64,000 bases of DNA, taken from contig JAWLHX010000005.1 of assembly GCA_041690105.1 (NCBI GenBank), positions 1,551-65,550 of the forward strand. The letters are read 5' to 3'. The translations under genes and the position numbers were made by a program. The notes under the pieces were generated by a model that was given only the letters and a program-made list of their open reading frames with translations, searched no databases and was not told the origin of the DNA. Shown piece by piece: positions 34,425-45,070 of this stretch (position 1 is its first letter; each line of letters starts with the position of its first letter). The stretch is from Phycisphaerae bacterium. Lineage in GTDB: Bacteria; Planctomycetota; Phycisphaerae; FEN-1346; JAACEH01.

Positions 34425-36452
34425 ATGAATGTTCTGTGGAAATGGCTGCTGGAATATGTACGGTACGATGGCCCGCGCGATATGGCAATTCAGCGCATGA
34501 CCATGGCCGGCCTGAACGTCGACGACGTGCAGGAACTCACGCAGGGCGATGCCCTGCTCGACGTCGAAGTCACCAGCAACCGCCCCGACTGCCTGGGCTA
34601 CATGGGCATTGCGCGCGAACTTGCAGCCCTGACCGACAGCGAGTTCGTTACGCCGGATGCTGCTATCGACCAGGCCGCTGGCCAGCAGTCGCCAGCTACC
34701 GTCGAAGTGACAGATGCCTCCGGCTGCCCACGCTACACGGCCCGACTGATTCGCGGCGTCCGCATCGGTCCGAGCCCCGCCTGGCTTGCCGCCCGACTCG
34801 AAGCCATAGGCTTGCGTTCGGTAAATAACGTGGTTGATGTTACAAACTATGTCATGTACGAGTGCGGCCAACCTCTGCACGCTTTTGATTACAATCTGCT
34901 GGACGAAGGACGAATTATTGTCCGGCGGGCCAGCGAGGGTGAAGCCTTCGAGGCCATTGACCATTCCCAGCACAAGCTAAAGTCGAACGATCTGGTTATT
35001 GCCGATGCCTCGGGGCCGGTTGCCCTGGCCGGCATTATGGGCGGAGTGCGGAGCGAAGTTTCGGAGCAGACGGTTGACGTCCTGCTCGAAGCGGCCATTT
35101 TCGACCCCCTCAGCGTGCGCACCACCAGCCGTCGCGTGCAGCTTATGAGCGACAGCAGCTACCGATTTGAGCGGCGCGTTGATTACGATGGCGTGGCCTG
35201 GGCCAGCCAGCGGGCCTGCAGCCTGATTCAGCAGGTGGCGGGCGGCCAGGTTGTGGGCGAGTTGGTGGATGTTGCCGAGCCCCAGTCGCAGGTCGAGTCG
35301 ATCAGCTTCCGCTTCGGCCAGTTGCCGCGAGTGCTGGGCATCGAGGTTCCCGAGGACGAGGTGCTCCGCATTCTGTCGGCCCTGGGCTGCCAGGTGCAGA
35401 TGCACGACGCCGGATTCATCACGGTTGTGCCGCCCACTTTCCGCCGCGACCTTTCGCGCGAGATCGACCTGCTGGAAGAAGTGGCCCGCATCTACGGCTA
35501 CGATAAGATTCCTTATCTCTCGACAATCCCCAGCACCGCGCCGGTGGCTAATCAGCAGGAGACCATCACCCGGCTCATTCAGGATACAATGGTTGCCGCC
35601 GGATACCACGAGGCCTTGTCGCACACGCTGGTCGACGCCGAAAGTGCGGCCATGTTCGGGGCCGGTCGCGCCTCCGCCCCGCTGGTCACCCGGCTCACCC
35701 TGCAGGGCGTGGCCTATATCCGCAAGAGCGTGCTGAGCGGACTGCTGCAGGCCAAGCGCGTCAATCAGGACATCGGTCACGGCAAGGTTGACTTCTTCGA
35801 AATTGCCCGCGCCTTCCGCGACAATGACCGCAACGAGGGCGACAGCGACTTGCCGCACGAGGAGATGCACCTGGCCTTGGTGACCGATGAGGAGCCGCTG
35901 CTTGGCAAGGGCACGCTCGAGCTTCTGCTTGAGCGCCTTGGCCTGGCCGAACGGTTGACCCTGAAGACTACCGAACGAGTTGAGGAACTGGACCCGCAGT
36001 GGCAGGCCGATGTTCTACTGGATGGCCAGGTAATCGGCTTCTGCGGTTTGCTGAACAAGGCCACCGCCGAGAAGTTCAAGTTCCGCCGCAGCCCATGGGT
36101 TGCCGAGATTGACATTCTCCCGCTCATCGACAAGGCACAGTTGTCGCGGCGATTCGAGGACCTTCCACAATACCCGGCCATGGAGCGCGACCTGGCCTTG
36201 GTGGTGGACGAGGCGGTGAGCTGGGACCAGGTGGCCGAATGCGTGCAAAGTGCCGGTCTGGATCAGTTGGAGGCGGTGGAATTCTTGAGCTTGTACCGTG
36301 GCGAACAGATTCCGCCCGAGCGCAAGTGTCTGGCACTGCGAATGCGGTTCCGCAGCGCCGATCGGACGCTCACGCACGAAGAAGCCGATCGTTTCCAGCA
36401 GCAGGTGCTGCAATGCGCGGGCGGCAAGCTCGGGGCCACGCTTCGCACATGA
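34425..36452 (+). CDS. pheT: Phenylalanine-tRNA ligase beta subunit, short form
   Basis: DVEVTSNRPDCLG, CPRYTAR, INNVVD-like VNNVVDVTN, GQPLHAFD, SSYRFER, RRDLSREIDLLEEVARIYGY, C-terminal FDX-ACB domain. Confidence 0.97.
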   Translation: MNVLWKWLLEYVRYDGPRDMAIQRMTMAGLNVDDVQELTQGDALLDVEVTSNRPDCLGYMGIARELAALTDSEFVTPDAAIDQAAGQQSPATVEVTDASGCPRYTARLIRGVRIGPSPAWLAARLEAIGLRSVNNVVDVTNYVMYECGQPLHAFDYNLLDEGRIIVRRASEGEAFEAIDHSQHKLKSNDLVIADASGPVALAGIMGGVRSEVSEQTVDVLLEAAIFDPLSVRTTSRRVQLMSDSSYRFERRVDYDGVAWASQRACSLIQQVAGGQVVGELVDVAEPQSQVESISFRFGQLPRVLGIEVPEDEVLRILSALGCQVQMHDAGFITVVPPTFRRDLSREIDLLEEVARIYGYDKIPYLSTIPSTAPVANQQETITRLIQDTMVAAGYHEALSHTLVDAESAAMFGAGRASAPLVTRLTLQGVAYIRKSVLSGLLQAKRVNQDIGHGKVDFFEIARAFRDNDRNEGDSDLPHEEMHLALVTDEEPLLGKGTLELLLERLGLAERLTLKTTERVEELDPQWQADVLLDGQVIGFCGLLNKATAEKFKFRRSPWVAEIDILPLIDKAQLSRRFEDLPQYPAMERDLALVVDEAVSWDQVAECVQSAGLDQLEAVEFLSLYRGEQIPPERKCLALRMRFRSADRTLTHEEADRFQQQVLQCAGGKLGATLRT

Positions 36453-36613
36453 CAAAAGCAGCCTCTGCCACCGATTGCAATGAAGCGTCTGGGGCGGCTC
36501 TTTTTCCTGATGCAAACAGCCCTTCAGTGGGTTAGAATGCCCCGGCCGGGGGACCATCGACGTCGGTGTGCTTCCTGCGGCTTCCCTTTAATCGACAACA
36601 TGACGGCATATCC

Positions 36614-38926
36614 ATGATCCGACACAGACTGCTGCTAATCGAACTCCTGATCATCGCCGCCCTTGCCGGCATCCTGTTTGTGCAGCCAACGGTTGCCCAG
36701 GAGGCTGCCCAGCCAGAGGTTGTGAGCGAGGTCATCATCGAGGGCAATGAGCGGGTCGACGCCCACCGCATTCTGTCGCAGATGCGGCTGCGGCCCGGGG
36801 CCACCTTTTCGCCCGAAGCCCTGAACGATGACTATTACCGCATCTTCGCTTTGCGCGAATTTGACAATGTTCGAATTCAACCTGAACCTGGAGATGATGG
36901 AATTCTGCTGCGGGTAATGGTCGACGAGTTGCCACTGCTTAACGATGTCGTCTTCGAGGGTAATGAAAAGCTGTCCGACAAGCGGCTTCAGGAACTTACC
37001 GGCCTGAGTGCCGGAGTGCCGCTGGACCGCAATCGCCTGGTGCAGGCACCGCGGCTCATCGAGGATGAATATCGCGACAAAGGCTATTACTTTGCCAGCG
37101 TGTCGCTCGACCGCCAGGCAGTGGAAGAGACGGGCGTGGCTCGCTTTCAGGTGCGTGAAGGGCCGCGAGTACTGGTCAGGGGCATCGAGTTCAAGGGCAA
37201 TGCCTCCATTCCCGACAGTCGCCTGAAGGAGCAGATTGAAACCAAGAAGCGTTTCTGGCCATTTATCACCGGAGCCTACAGTGAAGAGCAGTTGCAGCGC
37301 GACGTCCAGAAGCTCCGGGCTTATTATGTCGGCCAGGGTTTTCTCGATGTGGAAGTAAGCCGGGCGGTCAGCTTTGATGATCGGCGAGAGCGGGCTTATG
37401 TTGAATTCATCGTCAGCGAGGGCATTCGCTATCGGGTCGCCTCGGTCACCATACGCGATCCGCGCAGCATTCTTTCGGCCGCCTATCTGGCCGAGCAGAT
37501 GCGCCTGCAGCCGGGCGGCTTCCTTACTACCGATGACCTGCAGGGTGATGCCCGCGACATTGCCGAAGCCTATGGGCGCATCGGCTATGTTCATTCCGAG
37601 GTCGCCCCGCGGACGGAATACACGGCCGAGCCCGGGACAGTTGACGTGATGATCCAGATTGATGCCGGCCCCAAGGTGCGCATTGGCGAAATCATGGTTC
37701 GCGGCAACGAGCAGACGCTGGACAAAGTTGTACTGCGCGAGCTCAGGTTCTTCCCGGAGGAGATTGCCGACTCGCGGGAGATTAACGACGGTCGCCGCAG
37801 GCTGAACCAGTCGAGATTGTTCAGCAATGCCCAGGTCAGCCTGCTTCCGACAGAAGATCCGAACGTGGACGATGTGCTGGTGACGGTCGAAGAGGCTCAG
37901 ACGGGCAGTTTTATTATCGGTGCAGGCGTTAACTCGAACAGCGGCCTGGTGGGTAACGTGATGCTGGAACAGAATAATTTCGACATCACCCGTCTGCCCC
38001 GCTACTGGGGCGACGACATGGCCTTCCGCGGCGCCGGCCAGCGAGCGTATCTGTCGCTGGAACCCGGTACCGAAATGCAGCAATATCGTGTCGGCTTCAT
38101 GGAGCCCTATCTTTTCGACCGTTCCATCCGGATGCACACCTCGGCCCATTACTACGAGCGCGACCGGCACATTTATGATGAGCGCAGGCTTGGCGGCCAG
38201 CTTTCTCTAGGGCACGAGATTCGCCGCGATGTGATGGCCACGGTGGGCTTCAGGGCCGACCAGATAGAAATTGACGATGTCGACTTTGATGCCCCGACCG
38301 ACGTCTTCGACGTGGAAGGCCGCAGCATCCTGACCAGCATCAGCCTGGCCCTGACGCGCGACAAGACCGACAACATCTGGCAACCCACCACCGGCAGCCG
38401 CGTTACCGGCGAAATTGAGCAGGCCGGAGCTATGGGCGGCGATTACACCTTCACAAAGTTCTACCTGGACGCCCGACGCTATTGGACCATTACCGAGGAC
38501 GACCTCGGCAGGCGCAGCGTTTTCAATCTGCGAGGCCGGGCCGGCTATGCCGCGGGCGACCCACCCATCTTCGAGCGATTCTACGCCGGAGGCCAGGGCT
38601 CAATTCGAGGCTTCCGGTATCGCGGCGTCGGGCCGTTTGAACGCGACGAACCTATCGGCGGCGACTTCCTGTTGCTGGCCGGCGGAGAATACGAATTCCC
38701 GCTGTACGGAAAAAATCTCCGCGGTGTACTATTCCTCGATACCGGTACTGTCGAATCTTCGACTACAATATCTACCTACAGGGCGGCTGCAGGTTTCGGC
38801 TTCAGGCTGACACTGGACGTGTTCGGCCAGCCACTGCCGTTCATGTTCGATTTCGGCTTCCCGATTTCAAAGGCCGACGACGACGAAACGCAGATTTTCA
38901 GCTTCAATATCGCCTGGAACTTCTGA
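36614..38926 (+). CDS. bamA: Outer membrane protein assembly factor BamA
   Basis: Repeated POTRA domains (FEGNEKLSD, FKGNASIPD, RGNEQTLDKVVLREL), FYAGGQGSIRGF, C-terminal FNIAWNF. Confidence 0.95.
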   Translation: MIRHRLLLIELLIIAALAGILFVQPTVAQEAAQPEVVSEVIIEGNERVDAHRILSQMRLRPGATFSPEALNDDYYRIFALREFDNVRIQPEPGDDGILLRVMVDELPLLNDVVFEGNEKLSDKRLQELTGLSAGVPLDRNRLVQAPRLIEDEYRDKGYYFASVSLDRQAVEETGVARFQVREGPRVLVRGIEFKGNASIPDSRLKEQIETKKRFWPFITGAYSEEQLQRDVQKLRAYYVGQGFLDVEVSRAVSFDDRRERAYVEFIVSEGIRYRVASVTIRDPRSILSAAYLAEQMRLQPGGFLTTDDLQGDARDIAEAYGRIGYVHSEVAPRTEYTAEPGTVDVMIQIDAGPKVRIGEIMVRGNEQTLDKVVLRELRFFPEEIADSREINDGRRRLNQSRLFSNAQVSLLPTEDPNVDDVLVTVEEAQTGSFIIGAGVNSNSGLVGNVMLEQNNFDITRLPRYWGDDMAFRGAGQRAYLSLEPGTEMQQYRVGFMEPYLFDRSIRMHTSAHYYERDRHIYDERRLGGQLSLGHEIRRDVMATVGFRADQIEIDDVDFDAPTDVFDVEGRSILTSISLALTRDKTDNIWQPTTGSRVTGEIEQAGAMGGDYTFTKFYLDARRYWTITEDDLGRRSVFNLRGRAGYAAGDPPIFERFYAGGQGSIRGFRYRGVGPFERDEPIGGDFLLLAGGEYEFPLYGKNLRGVLFLDTGTVESSTTISTYRAAAGFGFRLTLDVFGQPLPFMFDFGFPISKADDDETQIFSFNIAWNF

Positions 38927-38978
38927 TTCGTACCAGGACGGTCCCGGGGGGACAGGCAATGGTGTTAACGACAAGGGG

Positions 38979-39602
38979 ATGAAAATGAAGAAGTATGTCT
39001 TGATCGCTGCAGTTGCCTCCATGCTGTTCGGCGGAGCTTTCCTGATGGGACAGGCTCGCTCCGAACCGCCTGTCGCTCAGCCCTCGCGCGTAGCCGTGTT
39101 GCGGCTGGCCGATGTGCTGAATTCCTACAAGAAACTGCAGGCCCGCCGGGCTCGCTTTTCTTCAGACCAGAAACTTTACAAGAGCGAGTTTGATGCCCGC
39201 CGGGCGACTGTCGAGCAGCTCAAGCAGCAGTTGGACGAACTGCAGCGTGGCACGCCCGCCTACCAGCAGCACGAGGAACGCTGGTGGAAAGAGGGACTGG
39301 AAGCCAAGGCCTACATGGAGGTAATGCAGAACAAGCTGGAACGCGGGGCCATGGAAAGCCTGATCGAGTCCTACAAGGACATTATCGATGAAGTGAAGCT
39401 GTTCAGCCAGGAGAGCGGCATCGACCTGGTGCAGATTCAGGGCGAGGTTCCGCTGGAGAACGCTCGCAACATTCAGGAACTAGAGCAGATCATCAACGGC
39501 AAGCGCATCATCCATCACAGCAAGTCGATCGACATAAGCGACAGCATCATCAACCGGCTCAACCGCAAGTTTGATGAGCTGACCGGCCGCACCGCGCCCT
39601 AG
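38979..39602 (+). CDS. skp: OmpH/Skp periplasmic chaperone
   Basis: Signal peptide, RVAVLRLADV, long coiled coil, IDISDSIINRLN; directly after bamA. Confidence 0.85.
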   Translation: MKMKKYVLIAAVASMLFGGAFLMGQARSEPPVAQPSRVAVLRLADVLNSYKKLQARRARFSSDQKLYKSEFDARRATVEQLKQQLDELQRGTPAYQQHEERWWKEGLEAKAYMEVMQNKLERGAMESLIESYKDIIDEVKLFSQESGIDLVQIQGEVPLENARNIQELEQIINGKRIIHHSKSIDISDSIINRLNRKFDELTGRTAP

Positions 39603-39682
39603 GCCGTAGCGGCTTGCTCCGCCGCACGCCGGCGCAAGAATCTGTCAGGTGGCAGGACAAGCTGTTACAGAAGTCGCTCCAT

Positions 39683-39730
39683 AAAAGAAGGCACGGCAGG
39701 TAGATGATTACCCGCCGTGCCTTCTTTTTT
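39683..39730. terminator. Bidirectional intrinsic terminator
   Basis: AAAAGAAGGCACGGCAGGTA-GATGAT-TACCCGCCGTGCCTTCTTTTTT between convergent operons. Confidence 0.85.
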
Positions 39731-39798
39731 CTTGGTCGCTCCAACCAACTTACGGTCGAAGCCCATGTGCCGAGTGGCTCATTCTGCCGCCGCGCCTG

Positions 39799-40806
39799 TT
39801 ATGCCTGGGCCTGCATCTGGCGAATCTGCTCAACAATACGTTCGGCCAGGCCTACGGCATTCATACCGTCGCGTCCGGTAACCGTAACCGACGACTCGCC
39901 GCGAATTGCCCTGACGAAGTGCTTCAACTGCTCGCCCAGAGCATCATGCTCATTAATTGTAATCTGCTGGCTGTCCAGCATCTGCTCGTATTCGGCCCCC
40001 TGCACCAGATCGCTGTTAAAGCGGCCGGTCCGCATGGCATCGGCCTTAATGGCCTGCATGGTTTCGCTCGGCCTGATAAGCGTCGCCCGTTTGGCGTTAA
40101 AATCCACAGCAACGTAGCCTTCGTTACTGTAGATGCGAATGCGCCGCTCAACCTTCAGCGCCGCCCGACTGGCTATCATGTCGGCCACGCAACCGTTGGC
40201 AAAGCGCACCCGCACGTTAGCCATGTCTTCGACCGCCCCCAGCACATTCACGCCCACGGCATCTACGCCGGTGACCTCGCTGCGAGCCAGGCTCAGCACC
40301 AGATCGATGTCGTGAATCATCAGATCCATGACCACGCCGACATCCATGCTGCGGAACCGGCACGGGCTGATCCGCTCGGTCTCGATGAATCGTGGAGTCA
40401 GCCCGAGCGGCCCGAGAGCCATGAAAGCCGGGTTGAAACGCTCCACGTGCCCGACCTGCAACACCGCCCTGCTCTGCTCGGCGGCATCAACCAGGCGGGC
40501 GGCCTCAACCGAATCCATAGCCAGAGGCTTCTCGATCAGGCAGGCCAGGCCGGCCTTCAGCAACGGTTCGGCCACGGCCAGGTGGGCCTCGGTCGGAACC
40601 GCCACCACGGCGGCGTCAATCCTGCCGTCAAGCTGATCAACTGTCATAACCTGCGAGCCGTACTGGCCGGCCACTTCCTGGGCCCGGACGGCATCGGCAT
40701 CAACCACAGCCACCAGTTCAACATCATCGTTTGCAGCACAGGCCCGGGCGTGGTAACCGCCCATGCGTCCGGTGCCAATAACCGCCATGCGGATTTTCTC
40801 GGCCAT
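39799..40806 (-). CDS. Gfo/Idh/MocA oxidoreductase, GnnA-like
   Basis: AVIGTGRMG, LIEKPLA, GHVERFNPA, DLMIHDID; immediately downstream of lpxA. Confidence 0.85.
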   Translation of the reverse strand: MAEKIRMAVIGTGRMGGYHARACAANDDVELVAVVDADAVRAQEVAGQYGSQVMTVDQLDGRIDAAVVAVPTEAHLAVAEPLLKAGLACLIEKPLAMDSVEAARLVDAAEQSRAVLQVGHVERFNPAFMALGPLGLTPRFIETERISPCRFRSMDVGVVMDLMIHDIDLVLSLARSEVTGVDAVGVNVLGAVEDMANVRVRFANGCVADMIASRAALKVERRIRIYSNEGYVAVDFNAKRATLIRPSETMQAIKADAMRTGRFNSDLVQGAEYEQMLDSQQITINEHDALGEQLKHFVRAIRGESSVTVTGRDGMNAVGLAERIVEQIRQMQAQA

Positions 40807-40825
40807 CGTAGTCCCCGTCTCAAAT

Positions 40826-41623
40826 TTACTTGCGCAACGATTCGCGATGCCGGCCGTGCTTGCCGGAGGCGCTGCGTTTGAGGCTGTCAATCAGGTGCCT
40901 GATCTCCGGCACCAGGTTCGGCCGCGCCTCCAGTTGCGGCAACACAACGCTGCGCGGCTGACCATAGCAATAGATCCAGCGGTAGGCCTCTTCCAGGGCC
41001 TCGATGGATTTCTCATCGGCCCCGCTTCGCCGCAGGCCCACAACGTTTACGCCGCGAATGCGGGCCGGATGACCTTCAACAATCATGTAGGGCGGAATGT
41101 CATGCACAATGCGGGTCAGCCCGCCAACAAAGCTGAAGCAGCCGACGGTAGTGAAATGATGCATGGCCGCCCCACCGCTCACCACGGCATGGTGTTCAAC
41201 GTGAATATGGCCAGCCAGCAGCACATTGTTTTCCAGCAGAACATGGTCCTCAATCGTGCAGTCGTGAGCCACGTGGGCCATGGCCATCAGGAAGTTGCTG
41301 TTACCGATGGTCGTCACTCCATCGCTCTTGGTGGTACCGCGATGGACGGTCACGCATTCCCGGAACAAGTTGCCATTGCCGATGCGCACCAGAGTTGGCT
41401 CGTCATGATATTTGACGTCCTGTGGCGGCAGGCCGATGCACGTGCCGGGAAAAAACATATTATCGCTGCCCATTTCGACCCGGCCCCACAGACTGACTCG
41501 CTCAAACAGCCTGCAGTTTGGACCAATGCGGGCTCCGGCGCCGATGTAGCAGAATGGGCCTATCTCGACGCTGGGGTCGATTTCGGCACCGGGTTCGATA
41601 ATTGCTGTGGGATGTATTGCCAT
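40826..41623 (-). CDS. lpxA: UDP-N-acetylglucosamine acyltransferase
   Basis: IHPTAII, PQDVKY, RECVTVHRGT, AHVAHDC, HHF, hexapeptide repeats. Confidence 0.96.
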   Translation of the reverse strand: MAIHPTAIIEPGAEIDPSVEIGPFCYIGAGARIGPNCRLFERVSLWGRVEMGSDNMFFPGTCIGLPPQDVKYHDEPTLVRIGNGNLFRECVTVHRGTTKSDGVTTIGNSNFLMAMAHVAHDCTIEDHVLLENNVLLAGHIHVEHHAVVSGGAAMHHFTTVGCFSFVGGLTRIVHDIPPYMIVEGHPARIRGVNVVGLRRSGADEKSIEALEEAYRWIYCYGQPRSVVLPQLEARPNLVPEIRHLIDSLKRSASGKHGRHRESLRK

Positions 41624-41651
41624 TTCACTATTCTCCTGCCAAGCGATTTGC

Positions 41652-42968
41652 TCAGCTTTCAGCCTCAATCAACATGAATCGCAGGTCAGCCTCGGCAGCC
41701 TGATCGCTGCTGACCGTAGCCCGGCAGCGTACGTGTGCCCGCCGGGCCTGGGCCTTGACCACCTCGGCCTCGAGCTGAAGCTGATCGCCCGGCACCACAG
41801 GACGGCGCAGGCGCACCTTGTCAATGCTGATCAGCACCGCAACCTGACCGGTATGCTCCAGCTTGCGAAGCAGAAGCACCCCGGCCAACTGGGCCATGGC
41901 CTCCACAATCAGCACGCCCGGCATGATCGGCGTGCCCGGGTAGTGCCCCTGGAAGAACTGCTCGTTTATTGTTACATTCTTAATGCCTGTCACACGATCA
42001 TCGCCGGTTATCTCGACAATGCGGTCAACCATCAACATGGGGTAACGGTGCGGCAGAACCTTCTGAATCTGCCTGATGTCCATCAGCGTCTGGGCCTCGG
42101 CAATCTGCCGCCGGTTTTCGCTGAGCATCATCTTGCGCAGCCTGCGCACAAGCTCCTGGTTCAGTCTATGGCCACTGCGAACGGCCACAATGCGGCCGCG
42201 GATGTCGCTGTTGAGCAGCATCAGGTCGCCAATCAGGTCCAGCACCTTGTGCCGCACAGGCTCATCCGGAAAGCGCAGAGTGTTCTGAATAACGCCCTGC
42301 GGCCCGAAGACCAGTATGTCCTCGTAGGTCAGCAGTTTGCCGAAGCCCATCTCCCGGAGCTTATCGGCCTCGTTCTCCAGAATAAAGGTGCGGCTGGCGG
42401 CAATCTCCCGGGCGAAGCTGTCGCGGTTCAGGGTGATGGAAAAAGTTTGCGGCCGCACGGGGCTGCCACTGCCGTAATCGAGCTGGTAGATGATTGACAG
42501 CGAATCTTCGTCGCTGGGCAGAGCGGCAACCATGGCTCCGCCATCCTCCACCGTAACCGGCTCTTTAATGACCAGCGTGCGCCGCGTGGCGTCGAGCGTC
42601 TTGATGCCGGCCTGCTGAAAAAGCCGCACATAGCTGGCCGAGCTGCCATCGCAAGCCGGCAACTCTTCGCCATAAAGCTCTACAATCAGGTTATCGATAC
42701 CCAGCCCCGCCACCGCCCCCAGCAAATGTTCGACCGTGTGCACCTGCAGCGATCCATTGCCCAGGCTGGTCCGCTGGAAGGCCGGCACTACGCTGTCGAT
42801 GGTGGCCGGAATGCGCAAGCCGGGATCGACATCGGGCCGACAGAGAATTATGCCGGTATTCGCCGGTGCGGGCTTGAAGCGGACAGTGACCGGCTCGCTT
42901 GAAAAGAGCCCATGCCCCTCCATCTCCGCCTCGCGCTCAATTGTCTGTTGCATACGAGGTTCGGCCAA
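41652..42968 (-). CDS. lpxC-fabZ: Bifunctional LpxC deacetylase / FabZ dehydratase
   Basis: Lpx[21 protein letters not shown]; Fab[31 protein letters not shown]. Confidence 0.96.
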   Translation of the reverse strand: MAEPRMQQTIEREAEMEGHGLFSSEPVTVRFKPAPANTGIILCRPDVDPGLRIPATIDSVVPAFQRTSLGNGSLQVHTVEHLLGAVAGLGIDNLIVELYGEELPACDGSSASYVRLFQQAGIKTLDATRRTLVIKEPVTVEDGGAMVAALPSDEDSLSIIYQLDYGSGSPVRPQTFSITLNRDSFAREIAASRTFILENEADKLREMGFGKLLTYEDILVFGPQGVIQNTLRFPDEPVRHKVLDLIGDLMLLNSDIRGRIVAVRSGHRLNQELVRRLRKMMLSENRRQIAEAQTLMDIRQIQKVLPHRYPMLMVDRIVEITGDDRVTGIKNVTINEQFFQGHYPGTPIMPGVLIVEAMAQLAGVLLLRKLEHTGQVAVLISIDKVRLRRPVVPGDQLQLEAEVVKAQARRAHVRCRATVSSDQAAEADLRFMLIEAES

Positions 42969-42971
42969 CGC

Positions 42972-44018
42972 TCAGCCTCCCGTAAAACGTTCTGCAATTT
43001 CGGCCAGCCGTCTTTCCAGACGCTCCAGCCGTCGCGACGCCCCAATCAGGTTACGCATCTCGGCCCGCATTCGCAAATCATCCTTCTGCAATTGAGCCGG
43101 AAAACCTCCGATTACACTGTTATCGGCGACATCCTTTGTAACTCCACTTTTTGCGGCAATACGAACATTGTTGCCAATCTTCAGATGACCATCGACCGCC
43201 ACCTGGCCGCCAAGCATGCAGTTTCGCCCCAGCGTGGTGCTGCCGGCAATGGCGCAAAGGGCAACAATAATGCAGTTTTCGCCGATACGCACATTATGAG
43301 CAATCTGTACCAGATTGTCTATTTTCACGTTGCGACCAATGACCGTGGCATCAAAACGGGCCCGGTCGATGGTCACATTGGCCCCGATTTCGGCATCATC
43401 TTCTATGACCACGCGGCCAATCTGCGGAATCTTGACCGGGCGACCAGTCTCAAACGTGTAGCCGAAACCGTCTGAGCCGACCACCGTGCCGCTATGTATG
43501 ATGACCCGGTCACCAATCAGGCAATGCTCCCGAATGGTTACCCGGGGGTAAACAAGGCAACCGCGGCCCAGCCTGGCACCCCGCCCGACGTAACTTCCGG
43601 GGCGCAAAACAGTTCCGTCGCCTATGACGGCATCCTGTTCGACGACCGCACCGGCCTGTATGCTGACCCCCCGCCCCAACTGGGCAGTCTCGTGCACAAT
43701 TGCTGCCGGATGACACCCGGCCGGGTCTTCGGGTGCGGGCGGAGCGAAAACTGCAGCCGCCCGGGCGAAGGCGGCATCGGCATTATCAACCCGGATAAGC
43801 GCCGCCGATGAGGGAACACGGCCCTTGTAAGCATGCCCTATGACCACGGCCGCAGCTTGCGTCGTGGCCACCAGCTCTGTGTACTTCGCATTGGCCAGAA
43901 AAGTGACATCGGCCGGCCCGGCCTCCTGCAGACTGCTGATGCCTGTAACGAGCCGACTGCCGTCTCCCTCGATCTGCCCGCCGATTTTTTCAGCCAGTTC
44001 GTCTATGGTAATTGACAC
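42972..44018 (-). CDS. lpxD: UDP-3-O-acyl-glucosamine N-acyltransferase
   Basis: DVTFLANAKY, VGSDGFGY, KIPQIGRV, IGANVTIDR, KIDNLVQIAHNV. Confidence 0.97.
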   Translation of the reverse strand: MSITIDELAEKIGGQIEGDGSRLVTGISSLQEAGPADVTFLANAKYTELVATTQAAAVVIGHAYKGRVPSSAALIRVDNADAAFARAAAVFAPPAPEDPAGCHPAAIVHETAQLGRGVSIQAGAVVEQDAVIGDGTVLRPGSYVGRGARLGRGCLVYPRVTIREHCLIGDRVIIHSGTVVGSDGFGYTFETGRPVKIPQIGRVVIEDDAEIGANVTIDRARFDATVIGRNVKIDNLVQIAHNVRIGENCIIVALCAIAGSTTLGRNCMLGGQVAVDGHLKIGNNVRIAAKSGVTKDVADNSVIGGFPAQLQKDDLRMRAEMRNLIGASRRLERLERRLAEIAERFTGG

Positions 44019-44254
44019 TGCTTATTGCCCTTATCCCCGAAAAACGTCGGCAAGCACACTCGCCGCCACGGCCTGCAACACCACCGGATGCAACTGCAGC
44101 AGCCGCGGCAAGATGCACATTATAAAGCCGGCGGCCCCTAAAGCAACCCATTTGACCGGGCCGACCCCACAGCACGTTTTCCTCTTGCACCGGTTTTGCA
44201 TTAGACTGGAGCTTGCAGCCCACTGACAGCCGACAGGCAGAGGAGCAGGCGACA

Positions 44255-45070
44255 ATGCCAGGACGCGCCATCTGGAAGGGCATAATCACCTTCGGGCCAA
44301 TCTCGGTCCCGGTAAAGCTTTACAGCGTGCTGGAGAGCGCCAGGGTCAACTTCCACCTGCTGCACGACCAGGACCGCCAGCGTCTGCGCCAGCAGATGGT
44401 CTGCCCTCTGGAGGAGCGGCCGGTGGAGCGGGAGGAGACGGTAAAGGGCTATGAGGTGGAAAAAGGCCTCTACGTCATTGTTGAACCGTCGGAGTTGGAG
44501 GAGGCGCAACCGCCATCGGGCCGCGCCGTCGAGGTGCGACAGTTTGTTGCGGCCGATTCCATCGACCCGCGCTACTACGACCGGCCCTATTACCTTGGCC
44601 CTGATGAAAATGAGCGGGCCTTTGCCGCCCTGGCCGAGTGCCTCTCAAAGGAAGGCGTGGCGGGAATCTGCAACTGGGTCATGCGGAAAAAGTCGTACCT
44701 GGGAGCCCTGCGCCTGGTCGACAGAACGCTGTGCCTGATCAGCATGCATTACCACAGCGAGATAACGCCGGTGCAGGAGTTGGAGTTGCCACAGGCCAAG
44801 CTGGATAAACGCGAGCTCGAGGTGGCCAATTATCTTATCGAGACCCTGGCGGCCGACTGGAACCCGGATGCTTATCATAATGAATACGATGACCAGGTGC
44901 GCGAGCTGATCGAGCGTAAGTCGCGCGGCGAGCCCGTGCCGATCAAGCGGCGACGGCGCCCGCGGTCAACACGTCCAGACCGCCTGCTGGAGACACTGGA
45001 GGCCAGTGTGCGGGCCGCCGGCAAGAAGCGGAAGTCGAAGAAGGAATCTCATGCCAAAACCGGAAAATAA
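44255..45070 (+). CDS. ku: Ku protein, copy 1
   Basis: RAIWKGIITFGPISVPVKLY, FHLLH, KGYEVEKG, IDPRYYDRPYYLGP; GGAG RBS. Confidence 0.95.
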   Translation: MPGRAIWKGIITFGPISVPVKLYSVLESARVNFHLLHDQDRQRLRQQMVCPLEERPVEREETVKGYEVEKGLYVIVEPSELEEAQPPSGRAVEVRQFVAADSIDPRYYDRPYYLGPDENERAFAALAECLSKEGVAGICNWVMRKKSYLGALRLVDRTLCLISMHYHSEITPVQELELPQAKLDKRELEVANYLIETLAADWNPDAYHNEYDDQVRELIERKSRGEPVPIKRRRRPRSTRPDRLLETLEASVRAAGKKRKSKKESHAKTGK

